64,000 nucleotides of DNA from Gammaproteobacteria bacterium (lineage in GTDB: Bacteria > Pseudomonadota > Gammaproteobacteria > UBA12402), in assembly GCA_050123375.1 (NCBI GenBank), contig JASFHF010000006.1, positions 2,309 to 66,308 on the forward strand, written 5' to 3'. The notes under the pieces are model-generated. The model worked only from the letters and a program-made list of their open reading frames with translations. It searched no databases and was not told the origin of the DNA. The position numbers and the translations under genes were made by a program. Shown here in pieces: positions 18,469-29,060 of this stretch. How positions within the stretch are numbered: the stretch's first letter is position 1; every line of letters starts with the position of its first letter.

Positions 18469-18730
18469 ATATTTTTTTCCCCTTGCGCCAATAACCTGCG
18501 CCTATTATGCGTATTTTATAGTTTCTGTAAGTAAATCTTACAGTCATAATGGCATTGTCGACTTTGCCGAAACAATAGTATCTTTTTTCTGAATGGCTAT
18601 GATTTAAGTCTTCAGCGATAACACGATGTGGGTCTAAAAATGCTTTTTGAGCCTCAAAGAATGACACACCATGTTTGTGGCGATTGATTTTATCTTTTTG
18701 ATCATCCCATTCAAAAGTTGTTATTCTCAT
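18440..18730 (-). CDS. brnT: BrnT toxin (DUF497 ribonuclease)
   Basis: MRITTFEWDDQKDKINRHKHGVSFFEAQKAFLDPHRV...IRIIGAGYWRKG is the BrnT signature. Toxin-first order as in brnTA. Confidence 0.75.
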   Translation of the reverse strand: MRITTFEWDDQKDKINRHKHGVSFFEAQKAFLDPHRVIAEDLNHSHSEKRYYCFGKVDNAIMTVRFTYRNYKIRIIGAGYWRKGKKIYEKEKSKIH

Positions 18731-18822
18731 TATTGAATCATATCATATATCAATATAAAAAGCAATATAAAAATACTTATATATATACTTATTTTTATAA
18801 GGTTTTATTGGTTATTTGCTAG

Positions 18823-18852
18823 TTCCTTCACGCTTGCGTAAATTGGGATTTC
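18823..18852. repeat. right 30-bp direct repeat of brnTA cassette; retains ancestral 3' end of M48 gene (..RLRKLGFQKR*)
   Basis: In-frame continuation gives SRLRKLGFQKR-TAA. Confidence 0.85.
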
Positions 18853-18901
18853 AAAAGAGGTAAGTCTGGTTTTTATCAGAATCTTGCGTTAAAATTGAAA
18901 T

Positions 18902-19369
18902 ATGGAAATATCATTACTAATTCAAATTTTAGTTGCATTTGTTATTGGGGCGATTATTGGTTTGGAGCGTGATTTTCATGGTAGTCCGGCGGGTGTTAGG
19001 ACTTATGCGGCAGTTTGTCTTGGTGCCTGTGTGTTTGGGCTGATTTCTACCCATGCTCAGGGAGCACATTATTACCAGAGTGTTGCCGATCCCACCCGAA
19101 TTGCAGCGCAGATAGTTACGGGTATTGGTTTTTTGGGCGCGGGAGTGATTTTTCGTACTGGTGTTACAACCGTTGGTTTGACTACAGCCGCTACAATTTG
19201 GGCTACCGCGGCGGTTGGTTTAAGTATAGCATTTAGATTGTATAGTGTGGCAATATTTGCAGCGGTTTTGATTGTTGTTACTTTAGCTCTTAATGAATTA
19301 CCTTTGTGGGAGAATTTTAAGAATAAAATTAAAAAACGCAGAATTGAATATATGAAATCTAAAGAATAA
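18902..19369 (+). CDS. mgtC: MgtC/SapB family membrane protein
   Basis: VIGAIIGLERDFHGSPAGVRTYAAVCLGAC...GIGFLGAGVIF is the MgtC signature. Confidence 0.85.
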   Translation: MEISLLIQILVAFVIGAIIGLERDFHGSPAGVRTYAAVCLGACVFGLISTHAQGAHYYQSVADPTRIAAQIVTGIGFLGAGVIFRTGVTTVGLTTAATIWATAAVGLSIAFRLYSVAIFAAVLIVVTLALNELPLWENFKNKIKKRRIEYMKSKE

Positions 19370-19374
19370 TAATT

Positions 19375-19953
19375 ATGAGTATGTTAAATAATTATATAAC
19401 TTATCAGAATGTAGTTAATGCATTACAGTGTCATCATGCTGCGATATTTCCAGCAGAATTTCATGGTTATATGTGCGGAATTATTTGCGGCGGTAATTAT
19501 ACTGAAAATGAGGCGGGTTTTCGTATCGTGTTAGGTATGCTGCAGAATGAGAATTTTAATTCTAAAGAGGCTAAAGCTATTGCAGCAGAATTAATGTTAA
19601 ATACTTTTCATCAGTTACATGATGTTAATTGTGATTTTAAGTTATTATTGCCGGATGATGAGCAGCCAATTAGTTTGCGCAGTCATGCGTTGGCAGTATG
19701 GTGTCAAAACTTCTTAGGCGGATTGGGGTTGTCGGGAATTGACAGCAAAAAAATACAGCAGCAAGAGATTTATGAAATAATATTAGATATTGCAGAAATT
19801 GCAAAACTAAAATATAGCGATTTATTGGATCAGGATAGTGAAGAACAAGAAATGGAATTGATGGAACTAATTGAATATGTTAGAGTTGCGGTGTTGTTGA
19901 TTTATACCGAAAGTATGAGTCAGAATGATCAATCAATAAATGTGCGGCATTAG
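19375..19953 (+). CDS. ygfB: UPF0149 family protein YgfB
   Basis: PAEFHGYMCGIICGG...LLLPDDEQ...ALAVWCQNFLGGLGL...EMELMELIEYVRVAVLL is collinear with E. coli YgfB, which precedes pepP there too. Confidence 0.8.
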   Translation: MSMLNNYITYQNVVNALQCHHAAIFPAEFHGYMCGIICGGNYTENEAGFRIVLGMLQNENFNSKEAKAIAAELMLNTFHQLHDVNCDFKLLLPDDEQPISLRSHALAVWCQNFLGGLGLSGIDSKKIQQQEIYEIILDIAEIAKLKYSDLLDQDSEEQEMELMELIEYVRVAVLLIYTESMSQNDQSINVRH

Positions 19954-19994
19954 AGTTGAAGTTAGTTTGACTTATATCTCAGTTTTTACATAGT

Positions 19995-20190
19995 ACCTTA
20001 GAGGGACGGAGCTTTACATGATTACAAAGCAACAAACAGGGCATTGTAATTATGTAAAGCTCACGATCCGGGTTACCCAACTTCTTTTATCTATATCTCG
20101 GTTATTACATAGTACCTTAGAGGGACGGAGCTTTACATGATTACAAAGCAACAAACAGGGCATTGTAATTATGTAAAGCTCACGTCCCGT
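19995..20190. repeat. two tandem family-A palindromic repeats (~119-bp period)
   Basis: TTAGAGGGACGGAGCTTTACATGATTACAAAGCAACAAACAGGGCATTGTAATTATGTAAAGCTCACG(A/T)CCCG occurs twice. The second copy supplies a false N-terminus (MITKQQTGHCNYVKLTSR) to the pepP ORF. Confidence 0.8.
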
Positions 20191-21465
20191 ATGCTTATGG
20201 AGTTTTCTGCGAGACGAAAAAAGTTATTTGCAAAAATGCGGCCGCATAGTGTTGCAATTGTTTTTGCTGCTCCTCAGTATTTTCGCAATGGTGATGTAAC
20301 GTTTCCTTATCGCCAAAATAGCGATTTTTATTATTTAACTGGATTTACCGAACCTAATGCAGTTGCGGTTTTTGTTAAATCAACATCAGCAGAACAATAT
20401 GTGTTATTCAGTCAACCGAAGAATTTGATTAAAGAACAATGTTATGGTTTTCGTGTTGGCCAGGAAAAAGCTGTCGAAGTATATGGAGTTGATCAGGCAT
20501 ATTCAGTTGATGAAATACATAAACATATGCCGCAATTGTTACAGGATGTGCAAGCGGTATATTATCAGTTTCATCATCCATTACAATATAATAAGCTGAT
20601 AGATGAGTGGTTAGGTAAAAGAAATTGTGGGCCGTGGAAAATTAATTTAGCTGATATTGTTCATGAGATGCGTTTAATTAAAAGTCCAGCGGAAATTGGA
20701 TTATTAAAGCAGGCTGCGGAGATTACTGCGCACGCACATTTAAAAATTATGCAGCAATGTAAACCCAAAATGTATGAATATGAGTTAGTAGGAAAATTGT
20801 TCCATGAATATTATGTGCATGGTGCGCAAGCGGCCGCATTTCCGCCGATTGTAGCAAGCGGTTACAATAGTTGTGTTTTGCATTATGAAGAAAATAACCG
20901 ACAAATTCACGATGGTGATTTGGTGTTGGTTGATGCCGGATGTGAATATCAATATTATGCAGCAGATGTTGCGCGCACTTTTCCGGCGAATGGTAAATTT
21001 ACTCGCGAACAAGCGCTAATCTATGAAATTGTGTTATTAGCGCAACAAAAGGTTATAGAACAAATTAGGCCGGGCAGTAATTGGTATGATGGACAAAAGA
21101 TTGCTGTGCGAACTATTACAGAAGGTTTGCGTGATCTTGGAATTTTGCGCGGTAATGTTGATAAATTAATTAAGCAGCGAGCATATAAACCTTTTTATAT
21201 GCACAAAGTTAGTCATTGGTTGGGATTGGATTCTCACGATGTTGGTGCTTTTAAAATTCATGATCAAGAAACGCGGTTGCAGCCTGGTATGGTTTTAACC
21301 GTTGAGCCAGGAATTTATATTTTACCCAACATGAAAAATGTTGATGAAAAATGGTGGGGGATTGGTGTTCGTATCGAAGACGATTTGTTGGTGACAGAAA
21401 ATGGGCATGAGGTTTTAACTAATGCGGCACCGAAAACTCTCGCAGAAATTGAGGATATTTTGTGA
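20191..21465 (+). CDS. pepP: Xaa-Pro aminopeptidase PepP
   Basis: N-terminal AMP_N domain and M24 motifs (HWLGLDSHDVG, VLTVEPGIY, GIGVRIEDD). True start taken as MLMEFSARRKKLF after the repeat. Confidence 0.85.
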   Translation: MLMEFSARRKKLFAKMRPHSVAIVFAAPQYFRNGDVTFPYRQNSDFYYLTGFTEPNAVAVFVKSTSAEQYVLFSQPKNLIKEQCYGFRVGQEKAVEVYGVDQAYSVDEIHKHMPQLLQDVQAVYYQFHHPLQYNKLIDEWLGKRNCGPWKINLADIVHEMRLIKSPAEIGLLKQAAEITAHAHLKIMQQCKPKMYEYELVGKLFHEYYVHGAQAAAFPPIVASGYNSCVLHYEENNRQIHDGDLVLVDAGCEYQYYAADVARTFPANGKFTREQALIYEIVLLAQQKVIEQIRPGSNWYDGQKIAVRTITEGLRDLGILRGNVDKLIKQRAYKPFYMHKVSHWLGLDSHDVGAFKIHDQETRLQPGMVLTVEPGIYILPNMKNVDEKWWGIGVRIEDDLLVTENGHEVLTNAAPKTLAEIEDIL

Positions 21466-21771
21466 GGGTTTGGGATTATTTTTTTGCGATTCGATTTTAA
21501 GTTTTGCTTCCTCAATTAGTCTAAATATTACTACTAATGCTGTTAGGCTTAATGTTATTTTGCTATATAATCTTATTTCCATACGGTCACGAATTTTTCC
21601 CAATAATTCTTCATAGGTTTTGCATTTTTTTTCTTGCATTAGTTTTTCAAGTAATTCTTTAGCACATGTTGCCTTATATTTTTTTTGAAGTGATACGGGA
21701 ATATCAGAACATTCAGAGTAATTTATTTTTCGTTTTTTGAAAAAACGAAAAAAGTATTCACAAAAACACAT
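21415..21771 (-). CDS. hypothetical protein
   Basis: 118-aa ORF downstream of galK. 3' end overlaps pepP 3' end. No recognisable domain. Start uncertain. Confidence 0.25.
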   Translation of the reverse strand: MCFCEYFFRFFKKRKINYSECSDIPVSLQKKYKATCAKELLEKLMQEKKCKTYEELLGKIRDRMEIRLYSKITLSLTALVVIFRLIEEAKLKIESQKNNPKPSQNILNFCESFRCRIS

Positions 21772-21784
21772 ATTATTATTATCC

Positions 21785-22873
21785 TTATGTAGTTAAATTT
21801 ACTCCCTCAGTTGCATGACAAATATATAATTGTGGTTTTAGGTTAGTGGCTTGATGATATTGTGCAGTTATTTGTTGTTTGAATTCTTCTGCTTTTTCAA
21901 TTTCTACAATAGCTACAGCGCAGCCGCCAAAACCGCCGCCAGTCATTCTGGCACCATAACAGCCAAGAAAATTTTGCGCGAATTTGACCATAATGTCAAG
22001 TTGTTGATTAGAAACTTCAAAATCATTTTTTAAACTCAAATGGCTTTCGTTCATTAGTTTGCCAAGCTGGATTGCATCATTTTGCTGCATGGCAGTTGCG
22101 GCTTGTAATACGCGATGATTTTCGTGTACCACGTGACGAATTTTTGGAATATATTTTGCTGGTAGTTTTTTGCTGATTTGCTGCCAATTTTCAAACGTTA
22201 TATCACGTAATGAAGCCAAATTTAATAGCTGAACCGCTTGTTCGCAGTATTGGCGACGTTTGTTGTAGTCTGAATCAACATGAGTGTGTCTTGTCATAGT
22301 ATCCATAATAACTACGGCAAGATTTTTTGGTATAGGTATGAGTTGAATATTTAGGTTTTGACAGTCAATTAATAAAGCGTGATCGCGTTTACCATGGGCG
22401 ATGACTAATTGATCCATAATACCGCAGTTCATTCCTACCCATTTGTTTTCTGCAGTTTGTGCAAGAAGAGCCATTTCAGTTGGCTGCCAGGGCAAATTTG
22501 AAGTTTGCGCAAAGGTGCGTGCAATTGCGAGTTCCAGTGCTGCCGAAGATGAAAGTCCAGCCCCTTGCGGAATGCTGCTTTGAATTGTTGCATCAAAACC
22601 AACTAATTCACCAAATTTTTGTTGCAAATAATACGCTACACCTTTTACATAAGCGAGCCATTTATCATCAGGTTGTTTTTTAATATTGTTTAGTGAAAAA
22701 CTTTTTTTCTCATCGTAGTTTTTTGTATAGATATTTGCAATATCATCTTTTCTTGGTTGGCAATCAACTAATAATTCATGATTGATTGTCATTGGCAGCA
22801 CAAAACCATCATTATAATCTGTATGATCGCCAATTAGATTTACCCGTCCGGGTGCGTGTACTTGGAACTTCAT
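21785..22873 (-). CDS. galK: galactokinase
   Basis: APGRVNLIGDHTDYNDGFVLP, PQGAGLSSSAALE and MTGGGFGGC are collinear with E. coli GalK. The ORF-track start is a TTG. The ATG at M6 with GGAG RBS is preferred. Confidence 0.85.
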   Translation of the reverse strand: MKFQVHAPGRVNLIGDHTDYNDGFVLPMTINHELLVDCQPRKDDIANIYTKNYDEKKSFSLNNIKKQPDDKWLAYVKGVAYYLQQKFGELVGFDATIQSSIPQGAGLSSSAALELAIARTFAQTSNLPWQPTEMALLAQTAENKWVGMNCGIMDQLVIAHGKRDHALLIDCQNLNIQLIPIPKNLAVVIMDTMTRHTHVDSDYNKRRQYCEQAVQLLNLASLRDITFENWQQISKKLPAKYIPKIRHVVHENHRVLQAATAMQQNDAIQLGKLMNESHLSLKNDFEVSNQQLDIMVKFAQNFLGCYGARMTGGGFGGCAVAIVEIEKAEEFKQQITAQYHQATNLKPQLYICHATEGVNLTT

Positions 22874-22879
22874 CACAAT

Positions 22880-22990
22880 TCTCCGCAATGTTTTGGGGTG
22901 GGGTCTTCACTCATTACATGATGCAACATACAGTGCATATGTAATGAGTGAAGACCCGACCCCATGTAATAGCTCGCGTCCCGCGTGCAT
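22880..22990. repeat. family-B palindromic repeat between galT and galK
   Basis: GGGGTGGGGTCTTCACTCATTACATGATGCAACATACAGTGCATATGTAATGAGTGAAGACCCGACCCC followed by a family-A fragment GTAATAGCTCGCGTCCCGC. Confidence 0.8.
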
Positions 22991-22992
22991 TC

Positions 22993-24003
22993 TTACAATT
23001 TTCGTAGTCTTTCTGCAGCCCATTCTGCAGTAATATCCCGTTGTGGTTCGGCTAATAATTCATAGCCGGCGATAAATTTTTTAATTGTAGCGGAACGTAA
23101 TAATGGCGGATAAAAATGTGCGTGTAGCTGCCAATGTTCATTATTTTTATGGTTGGCTGGTTGTGCGTGCCAACCCATGGAATAAGGAAAAGAGCAATCA
23201 AACAAACGATCATATTTTTGTAATAACTGTTTTAAGATTTCTGCTAGTTGATTGCGCTGCTTATCATCTAAATTTGGTAGTCGTAGAATATGTTTTTTGG
23301 GTAATAATAAGGTTTCAAACGGCCACATTGCCCAAAATGGTACAACGACCAGCCAGTTTTCATTTTCTGCTACAATTCGTTCTTGTTGTTCTAATTCCAG
23401 TTGCACGTAATCTATTAGCATTGGAATTTGATTTTTTTGAAAATAACAGCGTTGTGCTGAATCTTCCTTCATAATTTCGTTTGGTAGAAAATTACTTGCC
23501 CAAATTTGCCCGTGCGGATGTGGGTTGGAGCATCCCATGATTGCTCCTTTGTTTTCGAATACTTGTACCGATTGATAAGTTTGTTCAAGTTCGTCAATTT
23601 GCCCGGCCCATAAATCAACTACTTTACGGATCGCAGGAACTTCCATGCTTGCCAGAGTTAGATTGTGTTGCGGAGAAAAGCAAATAACACGGCAAGTACC
23701 TTCGATTGGTTGAGCATGCAATAATGGATGAGTTTTAGTTATCTCAGTAGTTGTTTCCGGAATTAAAGCAGCAAAATCGTTGGTAAATGTAAATGTATCT
23801 TTATAGTTTGGGTTTTGTCTGCCGCCAGCGCGTTTATTTCCTGGACACAAATAGCAGTTTGGATCATATTCCGGCAGATTATTGCCAGTAGAAGTTTCTG
23901 TTTGCCCTTGCCATGGTCGTTGTGTTCGCTGTGGTGAAACTAAGATCCACCCATTAGTGAGTGGGTTGTAACGTCGATGTGGTCTATCTATTTTGTTTGT
24001 CAT
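22993..24003 (-). CDS. galT: galactose-1-phosphate uridylyltransferase
   Basis: [18 protein letters not shown], and the HPHGQIWA active-site His-Pro-His fit class I GalT. Confidence 0.85.
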   Translation of the reverse strand: MTNKIDRPHRRYNPLTNGWILVSPQRTQRPWQGQTETSTGNNLPEYDPNCYLCPGNKRAGGRQNPNYKDTFTFTNDFAALIPETTTEITKTHPLLHAQPIEGTCRVICFSPQHNLTLASMEVPAIRKVVDLWAGQIDELEQTYQSVQVFENKGAIMGCSNPHPHGQIWASNFLPNEIMKEDSAQRCYFQKNQIPMLIDYVQLELEQQERIVAENENWLVVVPFWAMWPFETLLLPKKHILRLPNLDDKQRNQLAEILKQLLQKYDRLFDCSFPYSMGWHAQPANHKNNEHWQLHAHFYPPLLRSATIKKFIAGYELLAEPQRDITAEWAAERLRKL

Positions 24004-24074
24004 TTGGTTAAAACGGTGATTTTTTACTAATTAATATTAATTATAGCTGGCTTAAAGTTAATTATCTATAGATA

Positions 24075-25463
24075 TTACTGGGAAGGGCGGGAAAAGCAGC
24101 TGCGTATTTTTGTAACTATCGTGGCAGCAGACTTTTCAATTTGTTTGAATAACGTATACAATGGTTTCACTTTATTATTGTATGTGGTTAACGACCAGTC
24201 ATTTTTGTTAGTTTGACTGCAAAGATTTGGCTTTTTGACTTTGCTTATTTTGTTTAGTTTATGATTTATAGTAGCACTGCTAGATTCATTATTTTTTTGC
24301 GGCTTTATTTTGTTAAGAAGAGATTCTATTTTTTCATAAGTTCTGTTTTTAAATCTGCCGCGCAGCTTGCTAAGTTGAGAGCGTATTTCTTTAGTTGGTT
24401 TGTTATTTGTGCTATGTTTTTCTGATATGTTTTGCATTATGATATTTATTGTATCATTAATTATTTTTATATTATTTTTTCTGGTTGTGGTTTTTTTAGT
24501 TAGAAAGTTAAAAAATTTATGCCAGTTTTGTGTGAATTTGGATTTACGATCCCAGTGTTGCTCATATTCATCTAAAGATTTTTCCAGTTCTTTTTTGAGT
24601 GCGGTTATATTTTCACATCTTATGAGATCTTTTTTTATGTCAGCAGTCTTAAGTGTAAATTGTTCGTTTTTACATTTTGGAGCATAAGTTTTGATAGAAT
24701 TTAGATAAGAGTTGATGGTGTTGCCGGTTATATTCGCCAAAAAAACTACATATTTATATGGTTGATCGTTATCTTGGTTTTTATTGGTTTGTTCTTTAGT
24801 TAATTTATTCTTGAAATTAGTTTTTATTATTTTTTTAACTTCTTTTATTTCTTTTTCTATATCAATTTTTTGTGCTTCTAAAAACAGATCTACAAGTTGT
24901 CTAGTATTTTGTGTAAGCCGTTCAATCTCGTTTTTTTCAAGTGGCTTAATTTCTTTTTTTTCAAGCAGGCCAGCATTTTTTTGTGCGCGCAGTATAATAT
25001 CTTCTGGTACAAATGACCTAATCTTATCTGGTGTAAGTAATGGTGATTCAGTATTCTTTGGTATAAATTGTTTAATCTCATCTGATGTAGTAAGACTTTT
25101 AAGATCATCTAGTTTAAATTTTCCTGTTTGCATTCTTTGGATAAGTTCTTTTTTATTCTTTTGTGCTTCGAGTGATATGTCGTAAAGATTGAGTAGTGTA
25201 TCTATATATTTGCTTATTGTTTTAGATGATTGATTAAATGTGGATAAAGCGTCCTCGTTATTTTTTAATAATGTGCGTAATGTTTTGTGAAATTCTTTTG
25301 CATGTTGGGGTGACTTGGTTGTATAAAATCCCGTGAAATTATATTTTTTCCCATTGATAGCTAGTGACATACCACAATTAATGTCACTTATTAATCTGCT
25401 CATTGAATCTTCAATTGTATTGCCATTATTTGCTTGGTTAGATTTTGTATTTTTTGTGAGCAT
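24075..25463 (-). CDS. hypothetical Lys/Asn-rich effector-like protein, paralog A
   Basis: Shares blocks with the 26410..28824 protein: LVDLFLEAQKIDIEKEIKEVKKIIKTNFKNKL vs LIKLFLKAQGIKKINKEINTIKKIIGKYKFKNKL; YKYVVFLANIT vs YYYVIFLSKIT; SKLRGRFKNRTYEKIESLLNKIK vs NKLRGKCKALTYNNNVKKLLKKIE. Extreme AT content. Confidence 0.55.
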   Translation of the reverse strand: MLTKNTKSNQANNGNTIEDSMSRLISDINCGMSLAINGKKYNFTGFYTTKSPQHAKEFHKTLRTLLKNNEDALSTFNQSSKTISKYIDTLLNLYDISLEAQKNKKELIQRMQTGKFKLDDLKSLTTSDEIKQFIPKNTESPLLTPDKIRSFVPEDIILRAQKNAGLLEKKEIKPLEKNEIERLTQNTRQLVDLFLEAQKIDIEKEIKEVKKIIKTNFKNKLTKEQTNKNQDNDQPYKYVVFLANITGNTINSYLNSIKTYAPKCKNEQFTLKTADIKKDLIRCENITALKKELEKSLDEYEQHWDRKSKFTQNWHKFFNFLTKKTTTRKNNIKIINDTINIIMQNISEKHSTNNKPTKEIRSQLSKLRGRFKNRTYEKIESLLNKIKPQKNNESSSATINHKLNKISKVKKPNLCSQTNKNDWSLTTYNNKVKPLYTLFKQIEKSAATIVTKIRSCFSRPSQ

Positions 25464-25537
25464 CGCAGGTCTCCTTGGGAAATTATTTTATTGTTATTTT
25501 AAGATTATTCTCAACGAGTTATGAATTAGGTTCTGAT

Positions 25538-25640
25538 AAGATGGTTGCATAACATAAGGATATAGCCGGTGAATACCCATGTTTTGGCATTAGAACAGGT
25601 GCTATTATCTTGTGTCATGACATATACCCCTTGTTGCTAG
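25538..25640 (-). pseudogene. duplicated 5' fragment (promoter plus ~20 codons) of the small membrane protein gene at 29061..29306
   Basis: Minus-strand ATGACACAAGATAATAGCACCTGTTCTAATGCCAAAACATGG... encodes MTQDNSTCSNAKTW.., ~85% identical to 29306-29250. Upstream homology continues about 40 bp. Confidence 0.6.
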
Positions 25641-25901
25641 AATTACTCTGATTGTAGCTTATTTTGGCATCTTTTTTAAGCGTTTTTGATTAACACTATG
25701 TTTTTAAAAACCTTTATAAAACAGCGGGTTATATACTTGCTTTGTAACTCCTCAAAAAAATCGGGGTAAAACAAACAAAAACAGCCAGGATTCCGGCTTA
25801 GCAAGTTGGATTGGATTGTATGTATCAACTAATTCGTTGATACATATTGCGTAGGCCCTGTTTCATTTGTCGTTTGTTAGAGCGGTATTTAAATGTTTCG
25901 T

Positions 25902-26201
25902 TTACATTTTTGACTTAATTTGTATTTGCTCACTGTGAGGGGGCTGGTGATTGTTTTGCTGATATTTAAGGTTATCAAGATCTGTGTTACACTGCTTTAG
26001 TATTAAGTTATTTCTGCGCAATAGATTTCTAAATTCTTTTAGTTCCTCTGATATTTCGTTATGATCATACTTCTTAAGAATGGCACTAATATAATGTACC
26101 AAATAGTTAATCGTTTGTTCAATTTCTTTTTTGTTTTTTATTAAAGACTCGCGTTTTTCGTGTATTGATTTAGTAGTATCATCTGACGATTTGAAATACA
26201 T
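25902..26201 (-). CDS. hypothetical small protein
   Basis: 99-aa ORF in the AT-rich spacer between the paralogs. No support beyond ORF length. Confidence 0.15.
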   Translation of the reverse strand: MYFKSSDDTTKSIHEKRESLIKNKKEIEQTINYLVHYISAILKKYDHNEISEELKEFRNLLRRNNLILKQCNTDLDNLKYQQNNHQPPHSEQIQIKSKM

Positions 26202-26409
26202 TATATTTTACCTCAAAATAGATACTTAATACTTCTGTTTCCATATTTTAGATATGGTGTTTATTCTACTGGTTATAATCTTATTGTCAATGGATTTTTT
26301 GGTAACTCAATAAATGAAGGAGAAATTGCGTGCTATAATATAGTAGATATAATATAAGCTCTTATTGAACTGGAGAAATTTATGTTTTTTATTAAGTTAT
26401 TCCTAGTTT

Positions 26410-28824
26410 TTAAGGTTTTACATTTTTTGGTATCATGCTATTGTCTTCACATTTATTTTTTGGGTGCTTTTTAGATTTAGGGGTGGCTATTGTAATTATC
26501 TCCGTTTTAGGATTTTTCTTAAGTTTGTTCTCCATTTTCTTAGTCCGTTTCTTAATTTTTTTGATTGTTTTCTTTATATCTATTTTGGTGGTTTTTTTCT
26601 TTTGAGCTTCATGGTTTAATTGGTCAAAAATTGTTTTAGTATTTGTTGAATTTTGTCTTTTTTCTTTGTTTAAACTAAATTTATTCAGCAGTGTGTTGAT
26701 CTCGTTTAAAATATTATAATATTCGTTGTTGGGTTTGTTTTTCACACTCTTAATAGCGTCATCGATTATTTTACTAAATTTAGCGAAGCCATTTTTGTCA
26801 TCGGTATTTTGGTATTTAAATACGCTATTAGAGAAGATGCTAATTTCGAGGCGGTCAATTTTTGTAATAAGGTTCATTATTTGCTTTTTTTCATTTTTAT
26901 TTTTTGAGGCATGTCTGTATTTTTCAAGCTTATTTATTGAAAAATTGATAATCCACTTTATGTGGTTTTTAGGAGTATTATTTTGTAATGGTTGTTCTTT
27001 ATTAAGTGTCAAAATTGCATCATAATAGTTTTTTAAACTACTTCCCAAGCAAGAAAAATATATTTTGTCAAACACATAATTTACATTATTTGCATTTTCT
27101 ACATTTTCGAATCCTTCCGTGATACTGTTTAAATACTGTGTTTCTACTTCGATTAATTCTTTTAATTGTGATTGTGGGCAGTGTTTAAATAATAGTGATT
27201 TAGATTTATTTAAAATGTTACGATATTTGCTGGGTTTGTTTTTCCAATTTTCCACATGTTTGTTAAAGTCTGTTTCTATCGATTTTGTAATAGCGTTGTT
27301 AATTATTCTAAGCAAATCAACATGCGTTTTTATGGGTTCATTATTTTCAGAGGGTTTAAGATTTTTTAATAATTGCTGAGCTTGTTGTTCTCTTTCTTTT
27401 CTAGATTTTGTCTTAAAAAATCTTGCTAAGAACGACCCGCGTTTGTATTTGTTAATTTTGCTAATTGTTAAGTTTGCAATCATATCAAGTGGATATACCC
27501 ATTCTATCTTCTTGAGAAGTTTTTTTACATTATTGTTGTAAGTTAGGGCTTTACATTTACCGCGCAGCTTGTTAAGTGTTACACGTATTTGGTTAGATAT
27601 ATTTGGTGTATTTTTTTTCTTTGTTTTACTTTTTGTGTTCTTGTTCTTACCTTTTTGCTCTATGTTATTTTTTGTTCTCCTGATTTCTTTTCTAATTATA
27701 TCTAGTGTTTCGTTAATTGTTTTTTTATTATTTTCTTTGGTTTGTTCTATCGAGGATTTCAGCAGCCATTTTGTGAAAAGGTATTTTTTAGATTTATAGA
27801 GTTCATAATTTTCTTTAAGCTTGTTCATTACTTGATTAAGCTTGAGTAAGGCACGATAGCGTCTTATCAGTGGTGTTTTATTGATGTTCTTAATAGCTTC
27901 TGATATATCAGTGTAGATTGTTTTTGATGTGATTTCAGCTTTCTTAAGTATTAAGTGTGGATTGCCGTCTTCTTGCTCATATTTGATTTTTCCTAGGCAT
28001 GGCATAGTTTTGATTTTATTTTCCAATGTATGTGGTAATTGCATATATGAGGTTATATCTCCTTGCAGTTCAATCATATTATCGTGTATTGTGATTTTTC
28101 TTTCCATTTTGTTGAAAGAGAAGGGGCAATTTTTTTTACCACTATCGATTGTCTCTATGACAATATCTGTTGCAGCGGAGGAAAGTATTAGCTGGTCATA
28201 ATTTTTGATGAAATTTAACAGAGTTATGTATTTTTTATCTGTTATTTTGCTCAAAAAAATCACATAATAATATAGATGGTCATTGTTTTTTTTGTTTAGT
28301 TTATTTTTAAACTTATATTTTCCTATAATTTTTTTAATTGTATTGATCTCTTTATTTATCTTTTTTATACCTTGTGCCTTTAAAAAAAGCTTAATAAGCT
28401 CTATATGATGATGATATTTTTTATGCTTTTCATTTTCACCAACTTTTTTTCCTTGTATTTCATTTTTGTATTCATTTTCAAACGTCTTCAGATTTATGGG
28501 TTTGTTTATTTTGAGAAATTCATGTGCCGTCTCATAAAGTTTGGTTACCCCTTGGGTTGCGTCCTTATCGAATCCTAAAAATTTTACACTAGGGTTTTTA
28601 TTTATAACTAGGTTCGTCTTGCGTCTAATATCTTTTAATATTTGTTCTATGGCATTTTCAATCGTGTCATTTTTTTCATTCGTATATTTTGAAATGTAGC
28701 CCCATTCTTTTGTGAATTGTACAAATTTATATGGGTGATATTTCTCATCACGCAGATTTATTTTATATTTTAGATCTACTTCGTCTTTTTTTATATTGAG
28801 TTTTTTCTTCTTGCCTTCGAGCAT
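26410..28824 (-). CDS. hypothetical Lys/Asn-rich effector-like protein, paralog B (804 aa)
   Basis: Paralogous blocks shared with 24075..25463 (see that entry). Extreme AT content and low-complexity K/N-rich segments. Confidence 0.55.
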   Translation of the reverse strand: MLEGKKKKLNIKKDEVDLKYKINLRDEKYHPYKFVQFTKEWGYISKYTNEKNDTIENAIEQILKDIRRKTNLVINKNPSVKFLGFDKDATQGVTKLYETAHEFLKINKPINLKTFENEYKNEIQGKKVGENEKHKKYHHHIELIKLFLKAQGIKKINKEINTIKKIIGKYKFKNKLNKKNNDHLYYYVIFLSKITDKKYITLLNFIKNYDQLILSSAATDIVIETIDSGKKNCPFSFNKMERKITIHDNMIELQGDITSYMQLPHTLENKIKTMPCLGKIKYEQEDGNPHLILKKAEITSKTIYTDISEAIKNINKTPLIRRYRALLKLNQVMNKLKENYELYKSKKYLFTKWLLKSSIEQTKENNKKTINETLDIIRKEIRRTKNNIEQKGKNKNTKSKTKKKNTPNISNQIRVTLNKLRGKCKALTYNNNVKKLLKKIEWVYPLDMIANLTISKINKYKRGSFLARFFKTKSRKEREQQAQQLLKNLKPSENNEPIKTHVDLLRIINNAITKSIETDFNKHVENWKNKPSKYRNILNKSKSLLFKHCPQSQLKELIEVETQYLNSITEGFENVENANNVNYVFDKIYFSCLGSSLKNYYDAILTLNKEQPLQNNTPKNHIKWIINFSINKLEKYRHASKNKNEKKQIMNLITKIDRLEISIFSNSVFKYQNTDDKNGFAKFSKIIDDAIKSVKNKPNNEYYNILNEINTLLNKFSLNKEKRQNSTNTKTIFDQLNHEAQKKKTTKIDIKKTIKKIKKRTKKMENKLKKNPKTEIITIATPKSKKHPKNKCEDNSMIPKNVKP

Positions 28825-29060
28825 AGTATATTTCTCTTATGAATTTTTTATGTCCTTCGGACAGTTTTTAATCAGTTATAACCCTCTGTTTTTCCATGGT
28901 TTTTAATTTATGCTCCTACATGAGAAATATCTGAAACCTCATATAGTAAATATAGTACAAAATGAGAGAATTGGCCAGAAAAATGTGCAAAAAAAGCACA
29001 ATAAAACATATAGATAGGATGGTTTTTGAAAAAACGTCTTATTGCGTATTGCGAAAGGCG

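Noticed and set aside
22874-22888. Longer galK ORF starting at 22888
   Set aside because: That start is a TTG and lacks an RBS. The ATG at 22873 has GGAG 7 nt upstream and aligns with the E. coli GalK N-terminus.
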